A DNA stretch of 38,621 nt. It comes from a virus (Duplodnaviria; Heunggongvirae; Uroviricota; Caudoviricetes). The notes below the pieces were generated by a model. The model had not been told where the DNA came from. It did not search any database and saw only the letters and a program-made list of their open reading frames with translations. The DNA is taken from the IMG/VR virus record IMGVR_UViG_2541047830_000013; one strand, given 5' to 3'. The translations under genes were made by a program, and so were the position numbers. This document shows, piece by piece, positions 1-8,979 of this stretch (the stretch's first letter is position 1; each line of letters begins with the position of its first letter).

Positions 1-1005
1 TTAATCCCCCGTGGACACTGCGTGGACACTTACGCCACCTTTCAGCGGATTAAGGGCCACCGCATCCTGCAGGTAATCCGGTGCAAAATGCGCATATGCC
101 ATTGTTTGCTGAATGGTTGCGTGACCAAGAATCTTCTGAAGCGCAATAATGTTTCCTCCGTTCATCACAAAATGGCTGGCGAACGTATGCCGCAGCACAT
201 GTGCAGCCTGGCCTTTTGGTAAATCGGGCTTAACTCTTTTCAGCGCCAGGCAGAATTCCCGGTACTTCACCTCAAACAAGCCGCCTGTTTCTCTGGTTTT
301 GATCGCCTCACAAACTGCCTGCGAAATTGGCACTGTTCTCTTCCGGCCATTTTTGGTTTCAAGAAACGTTACACGGTTATGAACTATCTGTTCACCACGA
401 AGCTTACAAGCTTCACTCCAGCGCGCCCCTGTGCTTAAACACAAAAGCGCAACACGCCAGTAGTCGCCCTCCAGTGTATCGAGCAATAGCGCCACTTCCT
501 TCTGTGACAGGAACGCCATTTCTCGTGGAGATACATAAAGAATAGAAATTCCCCTTACTGGATGTTCTGCATCCCAAAGACCTATTTTTTTCAGCACGGT
601 AAACATTCCGGATAACCGATTCATGTACCTGTTAGCAGATGACGGTTTCAATCCTTCAGCTATCTTTTGAGAACGCCACGCGATAATTTTCAGCTTATCA
701 AGATCCACAGCCTGCATATCAGCGCCAAGCTCATTGATTATGTTGCGCAGTTGTTTTCGGTCTTCTTCCGCCTTACGCCTGTGCTGGCCGTGATACATCC
801 ACCACAACTCAAGCAAATCATTTAGCGTTCGACGATCACGGTAGCCCTGTATATATTCCCGCTTTTCAGCGTTCGCCATGATGTAGCGTTCAGTGGCCAC
901 CGCTACCGATTTTTTGTCAAATACCTTACGCACGCGCTTTCCCTTGCGTCCGTTCGGCCTGATGTCCAGCAAATAACGACCATCTTCGAGCTTCTTAATC
1001 GACAT
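1..1005 (-). CDS. int: P2-like tyrosine integrase
   Basis: ORF-track frame 1..1020; first ATG at 1005-1003 preceded by GGAGGG; translated C-terminus has tyrosine-recombinase motifs (HVLRHTFAS, LGHATIQQTMAYAH); sits at prophage end next to repressor. Stop codon occupies bases 1-3. Confidence 0.9.
   Translation of the reverse strand: MSIKKLEDGRYLLDIRPNGRKGKRVRKVFDKKSVAVATERYIMANAEKREYIQGYRDRRTLNDLLELWWMYHGQHRRKAEEDRKQLRNIINELGADMQAVDLDKLKIIAWRSQKIAEGLKPSSANRYMNRLSGMFTVLKKIGLWDAEHPVRGISILYVSPREMAFLSQKEVALLLDTLEGDYWRVALLCLSTGARWSEACKLRGEQIVHNRVTFLETKNGRKRTVPISQAVCEAIKTRETGGLFEVKYREFCLALKRVKPDLPKGQAAHVLRHTFASHFVMNGGNIIALQKILGHATIQQTMAYAHFAPDYLQDAVALNPLKGGVSVHAVSTGD
11..29. repeat. attL core, left copy of 19-bp direct repeat gtggacactgcgtggacac
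   Basis: Matches 37441-37459 (gtggtcactgcgtggacac) at 18 of 19 positions; lies inside the 3' end of int. Confidence 0.6.
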
Positions 1006-1101
1006 TACGAAGCCCTCCAATGAACCGCTCTACAATTTCTCCAGCCTCTTTCCAGCAATAATCAGACCAGACAAAAAGCAGGTCTAACCAGTTTTCTGGC
1101 C

Positions 1102-1422
1102 TCAGCGGGATAATTTTTGGATTGTTTCGGTTGAAACGCGATCTCCCTCCGAATTGCAGGAACCATCAAGAGAGAGAGCCGGAGAAATTTGCCCGACCTC
1201 CGGCATCGTTTCATCTGTTGATAACCAATAAGCATACTTCTTAAATTTAGGGTGTTTCGTAACCTTAAGTAAGGCACCCTCTGTTACTTGCTTCCCCCTC
1301 ACCTCATAGTTAGTTACCGTCCCATAAGGCAGCCCAACACAATCCGCAAACTCCTGGCGGGTCATACCTTCTGCTTCACGAATCAGGCGAAATTTTTCAC
1401 CCATGCTTGACAAAGATGCCAT
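1102..1422 (-). CDS. C: Immunity repressor, P2 C-like helix-turn-helix protein
   Basis: HTH segment MTRQEFADCVGLPYGTVTNYE resembles P2 C as I recall it; divergent from cox. Start ambiguous: track uses GTG at 1476; in-frame ATGs at 1431, 1422 and 1404; GGAGG lies about 10 nt upstream of 1422. Confidence 0.75.
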   Translation of the reverse strand: MASLSSMGEKFRLIREAEGMTRQEFADCVGLPYGTVTNYEVRGKQVTEGALLKVTKHPKFKKYAYWLSTDETMPEVGQISPALSLDGSCNSEGDRVSTETIQKLSR

Positions 1423-1481
1423 ATCGGGCATATCCTCCATCGCAACATGCCACATCGGGCACAAACATAAAAACACTCAAA

Positions 1482-1510
1482 TAAGCCGATATAAGCCATT
1501 TTGAGCCATT
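1482..1510. promoter_or_regulatory. Three 9-bp direct repeats at 10-bp phase (taagccgat, taagccatt, tgagccatt), candidate repressor operators in the C/cox switch region
   Basis: Repeats read directly at 1482-1490, 1492-1500 and 1502-1510, just upstream of the cox RBS; P2-type repressors bind direct repeats flanking the early promoter. Confidence 0.3.
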
Positions 1511-1535
1511 CGAACGAATTAGGGAGATTACCACA

Positions 1536-1823
1536 ATGAGCGAATCAGAGCTTGGGGGGTTCATTCAGGTAGCACCATATCCACTTGAAGCGGTGCCATA
1601 TCAACTATTCGCCAAGATGATCGGCCGCAAGGAATCCACAGTCAGAACCATGATTGACGCAGCAAAGCTACCGACAATTGACTTTGTGAAACCAGGTTCA
1701 GTAAAGACGCGTGCATCAGAAAACTGGGTATATCTGCCAGCATTTAACGAAGGCATGCGCAAAGCGTTTTTTGAGCAACCGAAAGAACGCCGCGACGCAT
1801 GGTTGTTGTGGCTGGGACTTTAG
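1536..1823 (+). CDS. cox: Cox-like excisionase / early regulator
   Basis: ATG 1536 with GGGAGA RBS; 95 aa; conserved WVYLPAFNEG and WLLWLGL segments resemble P2 Cox; divergent from the repressor. Confidence 0.8.
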   Translation: MSESELGGFIQVAPYPLEAVPYQLFAKMIGRKESTVRTMIDAAKLPTIDFVKPGSVKTRASENWVYLPAFNEGMRKAFFEQPKERRDAWLLWLGL

Positions 1824-1829
1824 TCATAA

Positions 1830-2036
1830 ATGACCAGCCATATCATCAGCGCCATTCTGACCCTTGTTTTTATTGAGATAGGCGTAATAGAGATCTATTT
1901 GTTTCGCAAGTTAACGGGACATGAAGAACGCTTTATTGAACTCAGCATTGAATATATCGCCGCTTATACCAAAGGACTTTTCCCGGCAGCTATTGGGGCG
2001 ATGTTTATAGCGTTTGTTATCTGGTTTATCGGGTGA
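1830..2036 (+). CDS. Small hydrophobic hypothetical protein (68 aa)
   Basis: ATG at 1830 directly after cox stop; two hydrophobic segments. Confidence 0.4.
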   Translation: MTSHIISAILTLVFIEIGVIEIYLFRKLTGHEERFIELSIEYIAAYTKGLFPAAIGAMFIAFVIWFIG

Positions 2037-2179
2037 GAAACCTGACAACCCGCAACTACTGCAATGAGGGTAATTATGTGTGGCATGGACAAATTGGACC
2101 TTATGTTAATTGTAATACTATCAATTAACTTCGGTTACCTCTTAAGCGGCGCAATTCTCATGTGCGGAGGCAAACGAAA

Positions 2180-2287
2180 ATGAACCAGCAGTCCGCAAAA
2201 CGTGAAAACAATGCGATGCGATTTAATCGCAAATATTTTGAGTTCGGCCTCTATGCCGGAATAATTAAATCTGTACAGAGTCTTTAA
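2180..2287 (+). CDS. Small ORF, 35 aa (below ORF-track length cutoff)
   Basis: ATG 2180 with GGAGG 9 nt upstream; stop 2 nt before the next ATG at 2289 (coupled arrangement). Confidence 0.3.
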   Translation: MNQQSAKRENNAMRFNRKYFEFGLYAGIIKSVQSL

Positions 2288-2288
2288 C

Positions 2289-2630
2289 ATGAAACAGCAA
2301 CGTAATTCACGCTTTCGCAATGGTGCAGAACGCCACGCTAACCGTTTTGCTACCAGTGCATCACGCAGCAACATCCGCTACAGCCTGAGTGATACACATG
2401 CAACGCCGGATGGCTACCCAGTAAAACAAATCGGCGAGCATGCCTGGCTGATTGAGAAAGCTGGAATCGTGATCCACAAATGCCCACGCAATCCGTTTAC
2501 CGGAAACCGCATTTTTGCTCTAAGCAGTGGCGACAATCAGTTCGGGCAGGATTTCACATTATACGAAGCACTTCGCACGGTTGATCGTCTGCTTCGCGGG
2601 CAAAGTTTTATTAAACAGGCTGATTTATAA
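2289..2630 (+). CDS. Hypothetical early-region protein (113 aa)
   Basis: ORF-track entry; position in the early operon between cox and gene A. Confidence 0.5.
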   Translation: MKQQRNSRFRNGAERHANRFATSASRSNIRYSLSDTHATPDGYPVKQIGEHAWLIEKAGIVIHKCPRNPFTGNRIFALSSGDNQFGQDFTLYEALRTVDRLLRGQSFIKQADL

Positions 2631-2640
2631 CAGGTGCTTT

Positions 2641-2928
2641 ATGACCAAAGACCATGCACAAGGTGTATTTATCCGTTTTATTGATTTTCGCGGTGAACTG
2701 TTATTACGTGCATCCGCTATTGACGGAGTAACTCCGGCGGGTAAAAACGGAGCCGACGAAGCCACTTACGTTTATCTGAACGGCACGCGACTGCTTGTGG
2801 AACTTCCGTACCAGACCGTACGAGAAATCATTAGCGAAGCTGAAAAGGCACGCCAGGTTAATGGCGATGAACCCTATATCGAAATTATTTGTATGGATTC
2901 AGAAGCTGAAATACAGAAAGCAGATTAA
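2641..2928 (+). CDS. Hypothetical early-region protein (95 aa)
   Basis: ATG 2641 is the first Met after the upstream stop; the longer track ORF from 2527 overlaps the previous gene. Confidence 0.5.
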   Translation: MTKDHAQGVFIRFIDFRGELLLRASAIDGVTPAGKNGADEATYVYLNGTRLLVELPYQTVREIISEAEKARQVNGDEPYIEIICMDSEAEIQKAD

Positions 2929-2939
2929 AGGGCGTTGTG

Positions 2940-3182
2940 ATGGGCAAAGAATATAAAACTCTCATTAACAAAGCACTTGAGCGTTTTTATTTTCGCTTAA
3001 GTGCATCAGGCGCTCATGCTGAACGTGCGGCCCGTGACTCATTGACCAGAGCAATCCGAAGTCTGTATGACGTGGCTTTTTACGCTGATGATCTGGATGC
3101 ACTTAACGAACTTTCCGAGCTGATCTGTGCCGCAGAGTGCGGGGAACATATTGAACCGTATAAGCTGGGGAATATCGCATGA
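2940..3182 (+). CDS. Hypothetical early-region protein (80 aa)
   Basis: ATG 2940 (track GTG 2937); stop overlaps the next start as ATGA. Confidence 0.5.
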   Translation: MGKEYKTLINKALERFYFRLSASGAHAERAARDSLTRAIRSLYDVAFYADDLDALNELSELICAAECGEHIEPYKLGNIA

Positions 3183-3292
3183 GTATATTTATCTCATGGC
3201 TTGTTCTGATTATTTCGGTGGCCTGCGCTATTGGGATTATGCGAATTATTCATTCAATAAAAAAGATTGAACGCTTTTTCACTGGCGAATAA
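3179..3292 (+). CDS. Small membrane peptide, 37 aa (below ORF-track cutoff)
   Basis: ATG 3179 with GGGGA 8 nt upstream; single hydrophobic helix ISWLVLIISVACAIGIM. Confidence 0.35.
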   Translation: MSIFISWLVLIISVACAIGIMRIIHSIKKIERFFTGE

Positions 3293-3377
3293 CAGAGCAA
3301 ATAAAACCACAGATTAAATAAGAAAATGTAAAACAATCCGCATTCGCGGAGGTATTCGCACACGCCAAGGAGGCGTA

Positions 3378-3581
3378 ATGGCAATTAAGCATTTTCCTGT
3401 CGTTCGTTTTACCTCCAGAGGGCGTGAATACGAAGTCGACGAACGCCTGATTACCACAATCGACAAACACCGTTCAGAAAAGGATGCACATCACATCTAT
3501 CTCACTGACGGCACTTACTTCTGCGCCACGAATGTGGTGCGGGTGAACCTTATCCGACAGGTACAAGAGTCACGCAGATGA
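3378..3581 (+). CDS. Hypothetical early-region protein (67 aa)
   Basis: ATG 3378 preceded by AAGGAGG. Confidence 0.5.
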   Translation: MAIKHFPVVRFTSRGREYEVDERLITTIDKHRSEKDAHHIYLTDGTYFCATNVVRVNLIRQVQESRR

Positions 3582-3823
3582 CCATTCTGGACTATATCGC
3601 CGCCAATCCGGGGTGTAGCGGTGGAGAAATCGCCGCAGCACTGAATACCCCAACCACAGCCATTAATGCGGAGTTACGCCGACTCTGGCGCAGCGGTTCA
3701 GTCATAAGAAAAGAGCGCAAAACAGGCGGTCGCTTTTCTTACCAGATAAACCCGATGCCGTTCGGGTGCGGCAATCCACTTACCAACATGTTTAACCAGC
3801 TACTGAAGGAAGCCAGAGCATGA
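3578..3823 (+). CDS. Putative small DNA-binding protein (81 aa)
   Basis: ATGA overlap with upstream gene; sequence has a winged-helix flavour (inference only). Confidence 0.45.
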   Translation: MTILDYIAANPGCSGGEIAAALNTPTTAINAELRRLWRSGSVIRKERKTGGRFSYQINPMPFGCGNPLTNMFNQLLKEARA

Positions 3824-4119
3824 GCGCCATCAACCACCAGGAATTACGCGAACTGGCGACTGACCTGCAACGAATGGCAACGCCTCAAAAATTACTGGCG
3901 TTTCGCGCAATGCTCTCGCCGTCTGCTGTGCTGGCGCTGCTGGATGAGCTGGAGCACGCCAGAACCACACCTCTCGCCATTCGCCTGACGCTCCGTCATG
4001 AAATCGAGGATTTCTGCGCGACGTTGGAGGCGCCAGGCGAACCGGAAACGCCGGAAGCAATACAGCAAGAGCTGCTGCAACGCATTGACAAGGTTTTTGA
4101 TTTTTTTCTGAACCACTAA
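3820..4119 (+). CDS. Hypothetical early-region protein (99 aa)
   Basis: ATGA overlap with upstream gene; acidic, helix-rich composition. Confidence 0.5.
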   Translation: MSAINHQELRELATDLQRMATPQKLLAFRAMLSPSAVLALLDELEHARTTPLAIRLTLRHEIEDFCATLEAPGEPETPEAIQQELLQRIDKVFDFFLNH

Positions 4120-4240
4120 GAAACCAGAACATGCACACACAAAAAAACCGCTTGCCATGCCGCAATCAGTCAGGTTACATTTCCGCTGCACCTCACAAAA
4201 CGGGTGCCGGGTTTCGCAGCCTGCTGACTACACAAGCGCA

Positions 4241-4262
4241 CAACCGCGCCAGCGGTTTTTTT
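4241..4262 (+). terminator. Rho-independent terminator-like hairpin (aaccgc-gcca-gcggtt followed by a T7 run)
   Basis: Stem 4242-4247 / 4252-4257, then ttttttt to 4262; lies in a 320-bp stretch with no convincing ORF. Confidence 0.5.
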
Positions 4263-4441
4263 GTGCGTACTGTATTGCCACGTTTTTTTCGCGTCAGAAT
4301 TATGGCGGGGCGTACGGGGCCGACTTCGGTCGGGCCGGGTTCTTGTGTAGCCGGTACTGCGAACCTCGTACGTCTCGCCACCCACAGTTTCGCAGCTCTG
4401 GATGGTGAGTTTTCACAACTTACTACACAAGGGGCCACACC

Positions 4442-4672
4442 ATGGCAAACCGCAAACCACACCGCGCTATCGCGGAGCGTCGTCACATCCAGACTGAAAT
4501 CAACCGCAGACTTTCCCGCGCATCACGCGTCGCGCAAATCATGCACATCAATATGCTGCATGAGCGCAGCCACGCACTATCAAACATTTATTCCGCCTCT
4601 GTTTTCAGCTATCTGGCGGATGATCTGCACGAGCTTCAACAGCTCATCCAGCAGCAAAACAAACTCCATTAA
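4442..4672 (+). CDS. Hypothetical basic protein (76 aa)
   Basis: ATG 4442 with AAGGGG 7 nt upstream; preferred over the overlapping low-complexity 205-aa ORF 4131..4748. Confidence 0.4.
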   Translation: MANRKPHRAIAERRHIQTEINRRLSRASRVAQIMHINMLHERSHALSNIYSASVFSYLADDLHELQQLIQQQNKLH

Positions 4673-4744
4673 CTCCTGTTCCGGGCCTTTCCTGCACCTT
4701 GCGGCGGGAGGCCTTCGCACATCTGTAACAAGAGGATTGCCGCA

Positions 4745-5110
4745 ATGATTCTCGCCAACGACTTTCTTGAATACCTGCTCAACACAGAACGTGATCTTGC
4801 CGCTCGCGTGCGTGATCGTTATGACATGTACCTGAAATCCCTGCCTGTACCGCAGCTCGCTGACGGAAAGATTGTTATTGATGGTCGCTACATGATTGAC
4901 AGCCACGAGGGAAATTACAGGCTTTACCGCATTGAAGGTGGCACCCCGTCCGTTATTGGCATTTACCAGCGCCCATCCTCTGCAATCGTCGATGTGATTG
5001 CCGACAGCATCCGCATCACACATCGCCATGCCGACACAGAAGACACCGTGCTGGAAATTCAGCGGCTGGCTACAGTCTGCCGCGACACCCTGAATGGCAT
5101 GACGAAGTAA
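4745..5110 (+). CDS. Hypothetical protein (121 aa) upstream of gene A
   Basis: ORF-track entry with ATG start. Confidence 0.5.
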   Translation: MILANDFLEYLLNTERDLAARVRDRYDMYLKSLPVPQLADGKIVIDGRYMIDSHEGNYRLYRIEGGTPSVIGIYQRPSSAIVDVIADSIRITHRHADTEDTVLEIQRLATVCRDTLNGMTK

Positions 5111-5116
5111 ATCACT

Positions 5117-7939
5117 ATGACGGCAGAGTACATCAGGGACTGGCAACAACCGCGCCACGCAGTGGGGCGTGAAGGAACGGGGATCCCCGCTCCTGAATCC
5201 GCGCTTTCCTCCTGGCTGGATGCCTACCGGGTAGAGAACGAGCACCGCCAGGAAATGGCTGATGCGGCGTTCTCCGCAACGCCGCTGGGCAACCTGATTA
5301 ATAAAAGCCTGGACGCACAGGAAAAACAGGACAAAACCATCACACTGGCAGGAGATGCCAGAAAACAGGCACGCGGCGCGGTGGATGAAGCCATGGCCTC
5401 GCTGCGCCTGCTGCCGTCCTATCTGCGCGATCCGCTTATTCGCCACCTCTCCTTCCTGCGCAAAAAACAGGAAGCCGATCGTCAGAAAGGCAAAAAGAGC
5501 TGGCAGGCTGAACGCTACGCGCGCGGAAACCTGCGCAAAATATTCGAACGTCTGGAGCGCACCGATCACCGCTGGCTGACACAGGGTTATCGCTCCCTTG
5601 CCGGACGCGAACGCCTGGACGATTTGCTTTACCTGCCGCAGCTCAACAAACACCAGATACAGACACTGGCCACCATGACGGCGGCGATGTTCAGCAGCAC
5701 CTTCGAAAAACTCTGCGATGGCTTTGGCGCGACCGATGGCGAACTGACCATGGATGTAACGCTGAAGGCGTATCAGATGCTGGCCCGCATGGCGTTACAC
5801 CTGCACGCCATGCCTCCACATTATGACGCACTGACAACAGACAAAGACCAGAGGAACGAACCGGACACGGAGCTGCTGCCGGGCGCAATCCTTCGCCTGA
5901 CCTGTGCAGAATGGTGGAAACGCAAACTGTGGCTGTTACGTTGCGAGTGGAGAGAAGAACAACTCCGCGCCGCCTGTCTGGTTTCCAGAAAAACATCGCC
6001 CTATCTGAGCCAGGACGCGTTAAGCGAGTTTCGCGCACAGCGCGAGAAAACACGCGATTTCCTGAAAAGTTTCATGCTGGAAAATGAAGACGGGTTCACG
6101 ATTGATCTCGAGACGGTGTATTACGCGGGAGTAAGTAACCCGGTTCACCGTAAGGCAGAAATGATGGCCACCATGAAGGGGCTGGAACTTCTGGCCGAAG
6201 CCCGTGGCGACAAAGCGGTGTTTCTGACTGTCACCTGCCCGTCAAAATACCACGCCACAACAGAGAACGGTCATCCGAATCCCAAATGGAACGGGGCCAC
6301 CATGCGCGACTCCAGCGATTACCTGGTTAACACGTTTTTTGCGGCGGTCCGCAAAAAACTGAACCGCGACGGTCTTCGCTGGTATGGCATCCGCACGGTG
6401 GAGCCTCACCATGACGGCACCGTGCACTGGCATATGATGGTCTTTGCTCATCCGGAAGAAATCGACAGCATCGTGGCCATCACCCGCGATATTGCCATTC
6501 AGGAAGACCGCCACGAGCTGGGCAATGATATTACTCCGCGCTTTAAGGCGGAGTATGTCGACGGCTCAAAAGGCACACCAACCAGCTATATCGCGACCTA
6601 CATCGGAAAGAACCTGGACAGCCGCGCCGTGGATGGCATCGACCCGAAAACGGGCAAGCCACGCGTTGACCACGAAACCGGAAAATCAATGGCCGAGAGT
6701 GTGGAGCGCGCCATCGGCTGGGCGCGCCTTCATCGGGTCCGCCAGTTCCAGTTCTTTGGCATCCCCTCCCGTCAGGTGTGGCGTGAACTGCGCCGCCTTG
6801 CCAGCCAGATGGCACGCAACCCGGAAGGCCCGCAACGACTGAAAGATGACGCAATGGATGCGGTACTCGCTGCCGCCGATGCCGGGTGTTTTGCCACCTA
6901 CATTGAAAAACAGGGCGGCGTACTTGTTCCACGCAAAGACTACCTGATTCGCACCGCCTACGACCTCGCAGATGAGCTGAATGATTACGGCGAACAGAGC
7001 GTACAGATTTACGGGATCTGGTCACCACTCATCGGGGAATCCTCCCGTGTGTGCACGCATCCGGATAACTGGAAACTGGTAAGACGTAAACCGGAAACGG
7101 AAGACAGCGCCCGCGAAAATGGTTTTGACCTTCAGGGCGGCCCTGCCGCCCCTTGGACTCGTGGCAATAACTGTCCCCGTGTACAGGAAACGGACAACAA
7201 CGGGACAGAACAGCCGGAAGAACGGCCAGCACCGTGGCCGCAGCTCCCTGACGGCGTTGAAGTGAACGAATGGATGCGCTCACTGAAACGACACGAACGC
7301 CGGGCGCTGATGCGTTCGCTTCGTGACAAACAGGCAAAAAACAGCAGCGATGAAATGCAGAGCTGGACACAGAGCCGCAAACAGCAGCGGCCTTTGCCTG
7401 ATAACCACGAATTACTCGCTAAAGAATGGCGGGAGTCTGCTGAATCTCTCGGCCTGCATATCGGTGAACAACAGATGCAGCACCTGTTACGGGGCGGCAG
7501 TCTGTACGTTGACGGCAGCATCATTGCACCGCAGGGATTTGAAATTGTACGCAAACCGGATACCCGCCCGGACAGCCGAATCACGCAGCTCTGGCAGCGC
7601 CTGAGCCGTAATCACGGCGTAAGCAGCACGGAGATCCGCCATAACCCGGTCTCCAGCTATCTGGCACAGCTCGGGGCATCAGACCCCGAAGCCGCCGCAC
7701 GCCTGGCATCCACACTTCAGCAGGTCCAGAACACCATGAAAACACCCGTTACCGTGCTTTCTGACATGCTGCGCGCCATTCGTGACGCAGAGCACGCACA
7801 GAGAATCAGAGAAACCACTGAACGCGCCCGCCGCAAAGCAAACCTGCTGAGGGCTGGCCTGACCAGTGGAAACAAAAAACAGACAGAAACGGGATTCACA
7901 AATCCCGTAAATGAGCAAAAAACGCGCCGCGATATATGA
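5117..7939 (+). CDS. A: Rolling-circle replication initiator (P2 gpA-like, HUH endonuclease)
   Basis: 940 aa; HUH-type motif VHWHMMVF (HWH codons 6425-6433); paired catalytic tyrosines YIATY (codons 6587-6589 and 6599-6601); position after the early operon. Confidence 0.9.
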   Translation: MTAEYIRDWQQPRHAVGREGTGIPAPESALSSWLDAYRVENEHRQEMADAAFSATPLGNLINKSLDAQEKQDKTITLAGDARKQARGAVDEAMASLRLLPSYLRDPLIRHLSFLRKKQEADRQKGKKSWQAERYARGNLRKIFERLERTDHRWLTQGYRSLAGRERLDDLLYLPQLNKHQIQTLATMTAAMFSSTFEKLCDGFGATDGELTMDVTLKAYQMLARMALHLHAMPPHYDALTTDKDQRNEPDTELLPGAILRLTCAEWWKRKLWLLRCEWREEQLRAACLVSRKTSPYLSQDALSEFRAQREKTRDFLKSFMLENEDGFTIDLETVYYAGVSNPVHRKAEMMATMKGLELLAEARGDKAVFLTVTCPSKYHATTENGHPNPKWNGATMRDSSDYLVNTFFAAVRKKLNRDGLRWYGIRTVEPHHDGTVHWHMMVFAHPEEIDSIVAITRDIAIQEDRHELGNDITPRFKAEYVDGSKGTPTSYIATYIGKNLDSRAVDGIDPKTGKPRVDHETGKSMAESVERAIGWARLHRVRQFQFFGIPSRQVWRELRRLASQMARNPEGPQRLKDDAMDAVLAAADAGCFATYIEKQGGVLVPRKDYLIRTAYDLADELNDYGEQSVQIYGIWSPLIGESSRVCTHPDNWKLVRRKPETEDSARENGFDLQGGPAAPWTRGNNCPRVQETDNNGTEQPEERPAPWPQLPDGVEVNEWMRSLKRHERRALMRSLRDKQAKNSSDEMQSWTQSRKQQRPLPDNHELLAKEWRESAESLGLHIGEQQMQHLLRGGSLYVDGSIIAPQGFEIVRKPDTRPDSRITQLWQRLSRNHGVSSTEIRHNPVSSYLAQLGASDPEAAARLASTLQQVQNTMKTPVTVLSDMLRAIRDAEHAQRIRETTERARRKANLLRAGLTSGNKKQTETGFTNPVNEQKTRRDI

Positions 7940-7984
7940 AGCGCGCACAAAACAGGCGAAAGCGGGATTTAAAAATCCCGTAAA
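7890..7984. promoter_or_regulatory. Two 22-bp direct repeats, each an inverted repeat (cgggattcacaaatcccgtaaa / cgggatttaaaaatcccgtaaa); candidate parC-like centromere or operator
   Basis: Copies at 7890-7911 and 7963-7984, 73 bp apart, immediately upstream of the ParM-like gene; a 12-bp perfect palindrome ggttaattaacc follows at 7986-7997. Confidence 0.4.
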
Positions 7985-8015
7985 CGGTTAATTAACCAAC
8001 ATAAGGAAAATCGAC

Positions 8016-8975
8016 ATGAAAATTTGTATCGACGACGGCTCCACCAACATCAAGCTGGCATGGACTGAGAATGGCGAACGCCGCAACGCCATCAGCCCGA
8101 ACAGCTTCAAGTCGGAATGGTCTGCGCCGTTCGGTGGCATGCAGCCCGCGAACTACATGCTTGATGGCGTGCGCTATGGTTTTGATCCGGTCAGCGATCG
8201 CTTTGTCCAGACGACCGACACGCAATACCAGTACAGCGATGTGAATGTAATCGCCATTCATCACGCGCTGGTCAAATCAGGCATCACGCCACAAGAGGTG
8301 GATGTGGTTGTCACCCTGCCACTGAGCGAGTATTTCGAGACAAACGCACAGCCGGACATGGCCAACATCAACCGCAAAAAAGCGAACGTTATGCGCTCGG
8401 TGGAGTACCAGAACGGCGAAGCATTCACTATCCGTAACGTGCGGGTTATGCCTGAATCCATTCCGGCTGGCTTTAAAGCACTGGCTGACATGAGTCCGTT
8501 TGAATCCCTGCTGATTGTGGATTTAGGCGGAACCACGCTGGATGTGGCAAAGGTTCAAGGGCAACTGGCAGGTATCAGCCAGGTGTTTTGCGATCCACAC
8601 GTAGGCGTTTCCCTGATGGCCGATGCCGTACTGTCGGTGATGGCCACTAACGGTATGCGCACCAGTCACCACATCGCCAATACCATTATCGAACATCGCC
8701 ATGATGAAGCCTGGCTGCGCCAGCACATCCACAATGACGCGCATTACGCCAGCCTGATGGCGGTTATTCGTGAAAAGGAAGAAACACTGAAACAACGCGT
8801 GATCCGCGCGCTGGCGGTTTTTTCGGGTTACGGGCGGGTGATGGTTGTCGGTGGAGGGGCGGAGATTGTGGCACCCGCTATCCGCGAAGTCTGCGGAGTT
8901 AATGCGACTTTCATCGCGGACGGAGTGCCACAGTTTGCTCTGGTTAATGGGCTGTACGCAATGGACAAGGAGTAA
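8016..8975 (+). CDS. parM: ParM/StbA-like actin-family segregation ATPase
   Basis: N-terminus MKICIDDGSTNIKL closely resembles plasmid R1 ParM (MLVFIDDGSTNIKL) as recalled; actin-fold phosphate motifs DDGSTNIK and DLGGTTLD; GGGA near C-terminus. Confidence 0.85.
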   Translation: MKICIDDGSTNIKLAWTENGERRNAISPNSFKSEWSAPFGGMQPANYMLDGVRYGFDPVSDRFVQTTDTQYQYSDVNVIAIHHALVKSGITPQEVDVVVTLPLSEYFETNAQPDMANINRKKANVMRSVEYQNGEAFTIRNVRVMPESIPAGFKALADMSPFESLLIVDLGGTTLDVAKVQGQLAGISQVFCDPHVGVSLMADAVLSVMATNGMRTSHHIANTIIEHRHDEAWLRQHIHNDAHYASLMAVIREKEETLKQRVIRALAVFSGYGRVMVVGGGAEIVAPAIREVCGVNATFIADGVPQFALVNGLYAMDKE

Positions 8976-8979
8976 ACCA

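Noticed and set aside
1-40. Possibility that the att core marks integration into a tRNA or tmRNA gene
   Set aside because: No tRNA-like sequence is recognisable at either junction; the right-hand flank leads directly into the promoter region of a protein-coding gene.
4131-4748. 205-aa ORF on the plus strand spanning the early non-coding region
   Set aside because: Translation is low-complexity (Ser/Thr/Cys/Arg-rich), it has no RBS, it runs across an intrinsic terminator, and it overlaps a better-supported 76-aa ORF with an RBS at 4442.
6444-7584. Several 90-160 aa ORFs inside or antisense to replication gene A (6444..6842, 6543..7028, 7132..7584, 7029..7370)
   Set aside because: Shadow ORFs typical of GC-rich coding sequence; Arg/Cys/Ser-rich translations; entirely contained within a well-supported 940-aa gene.
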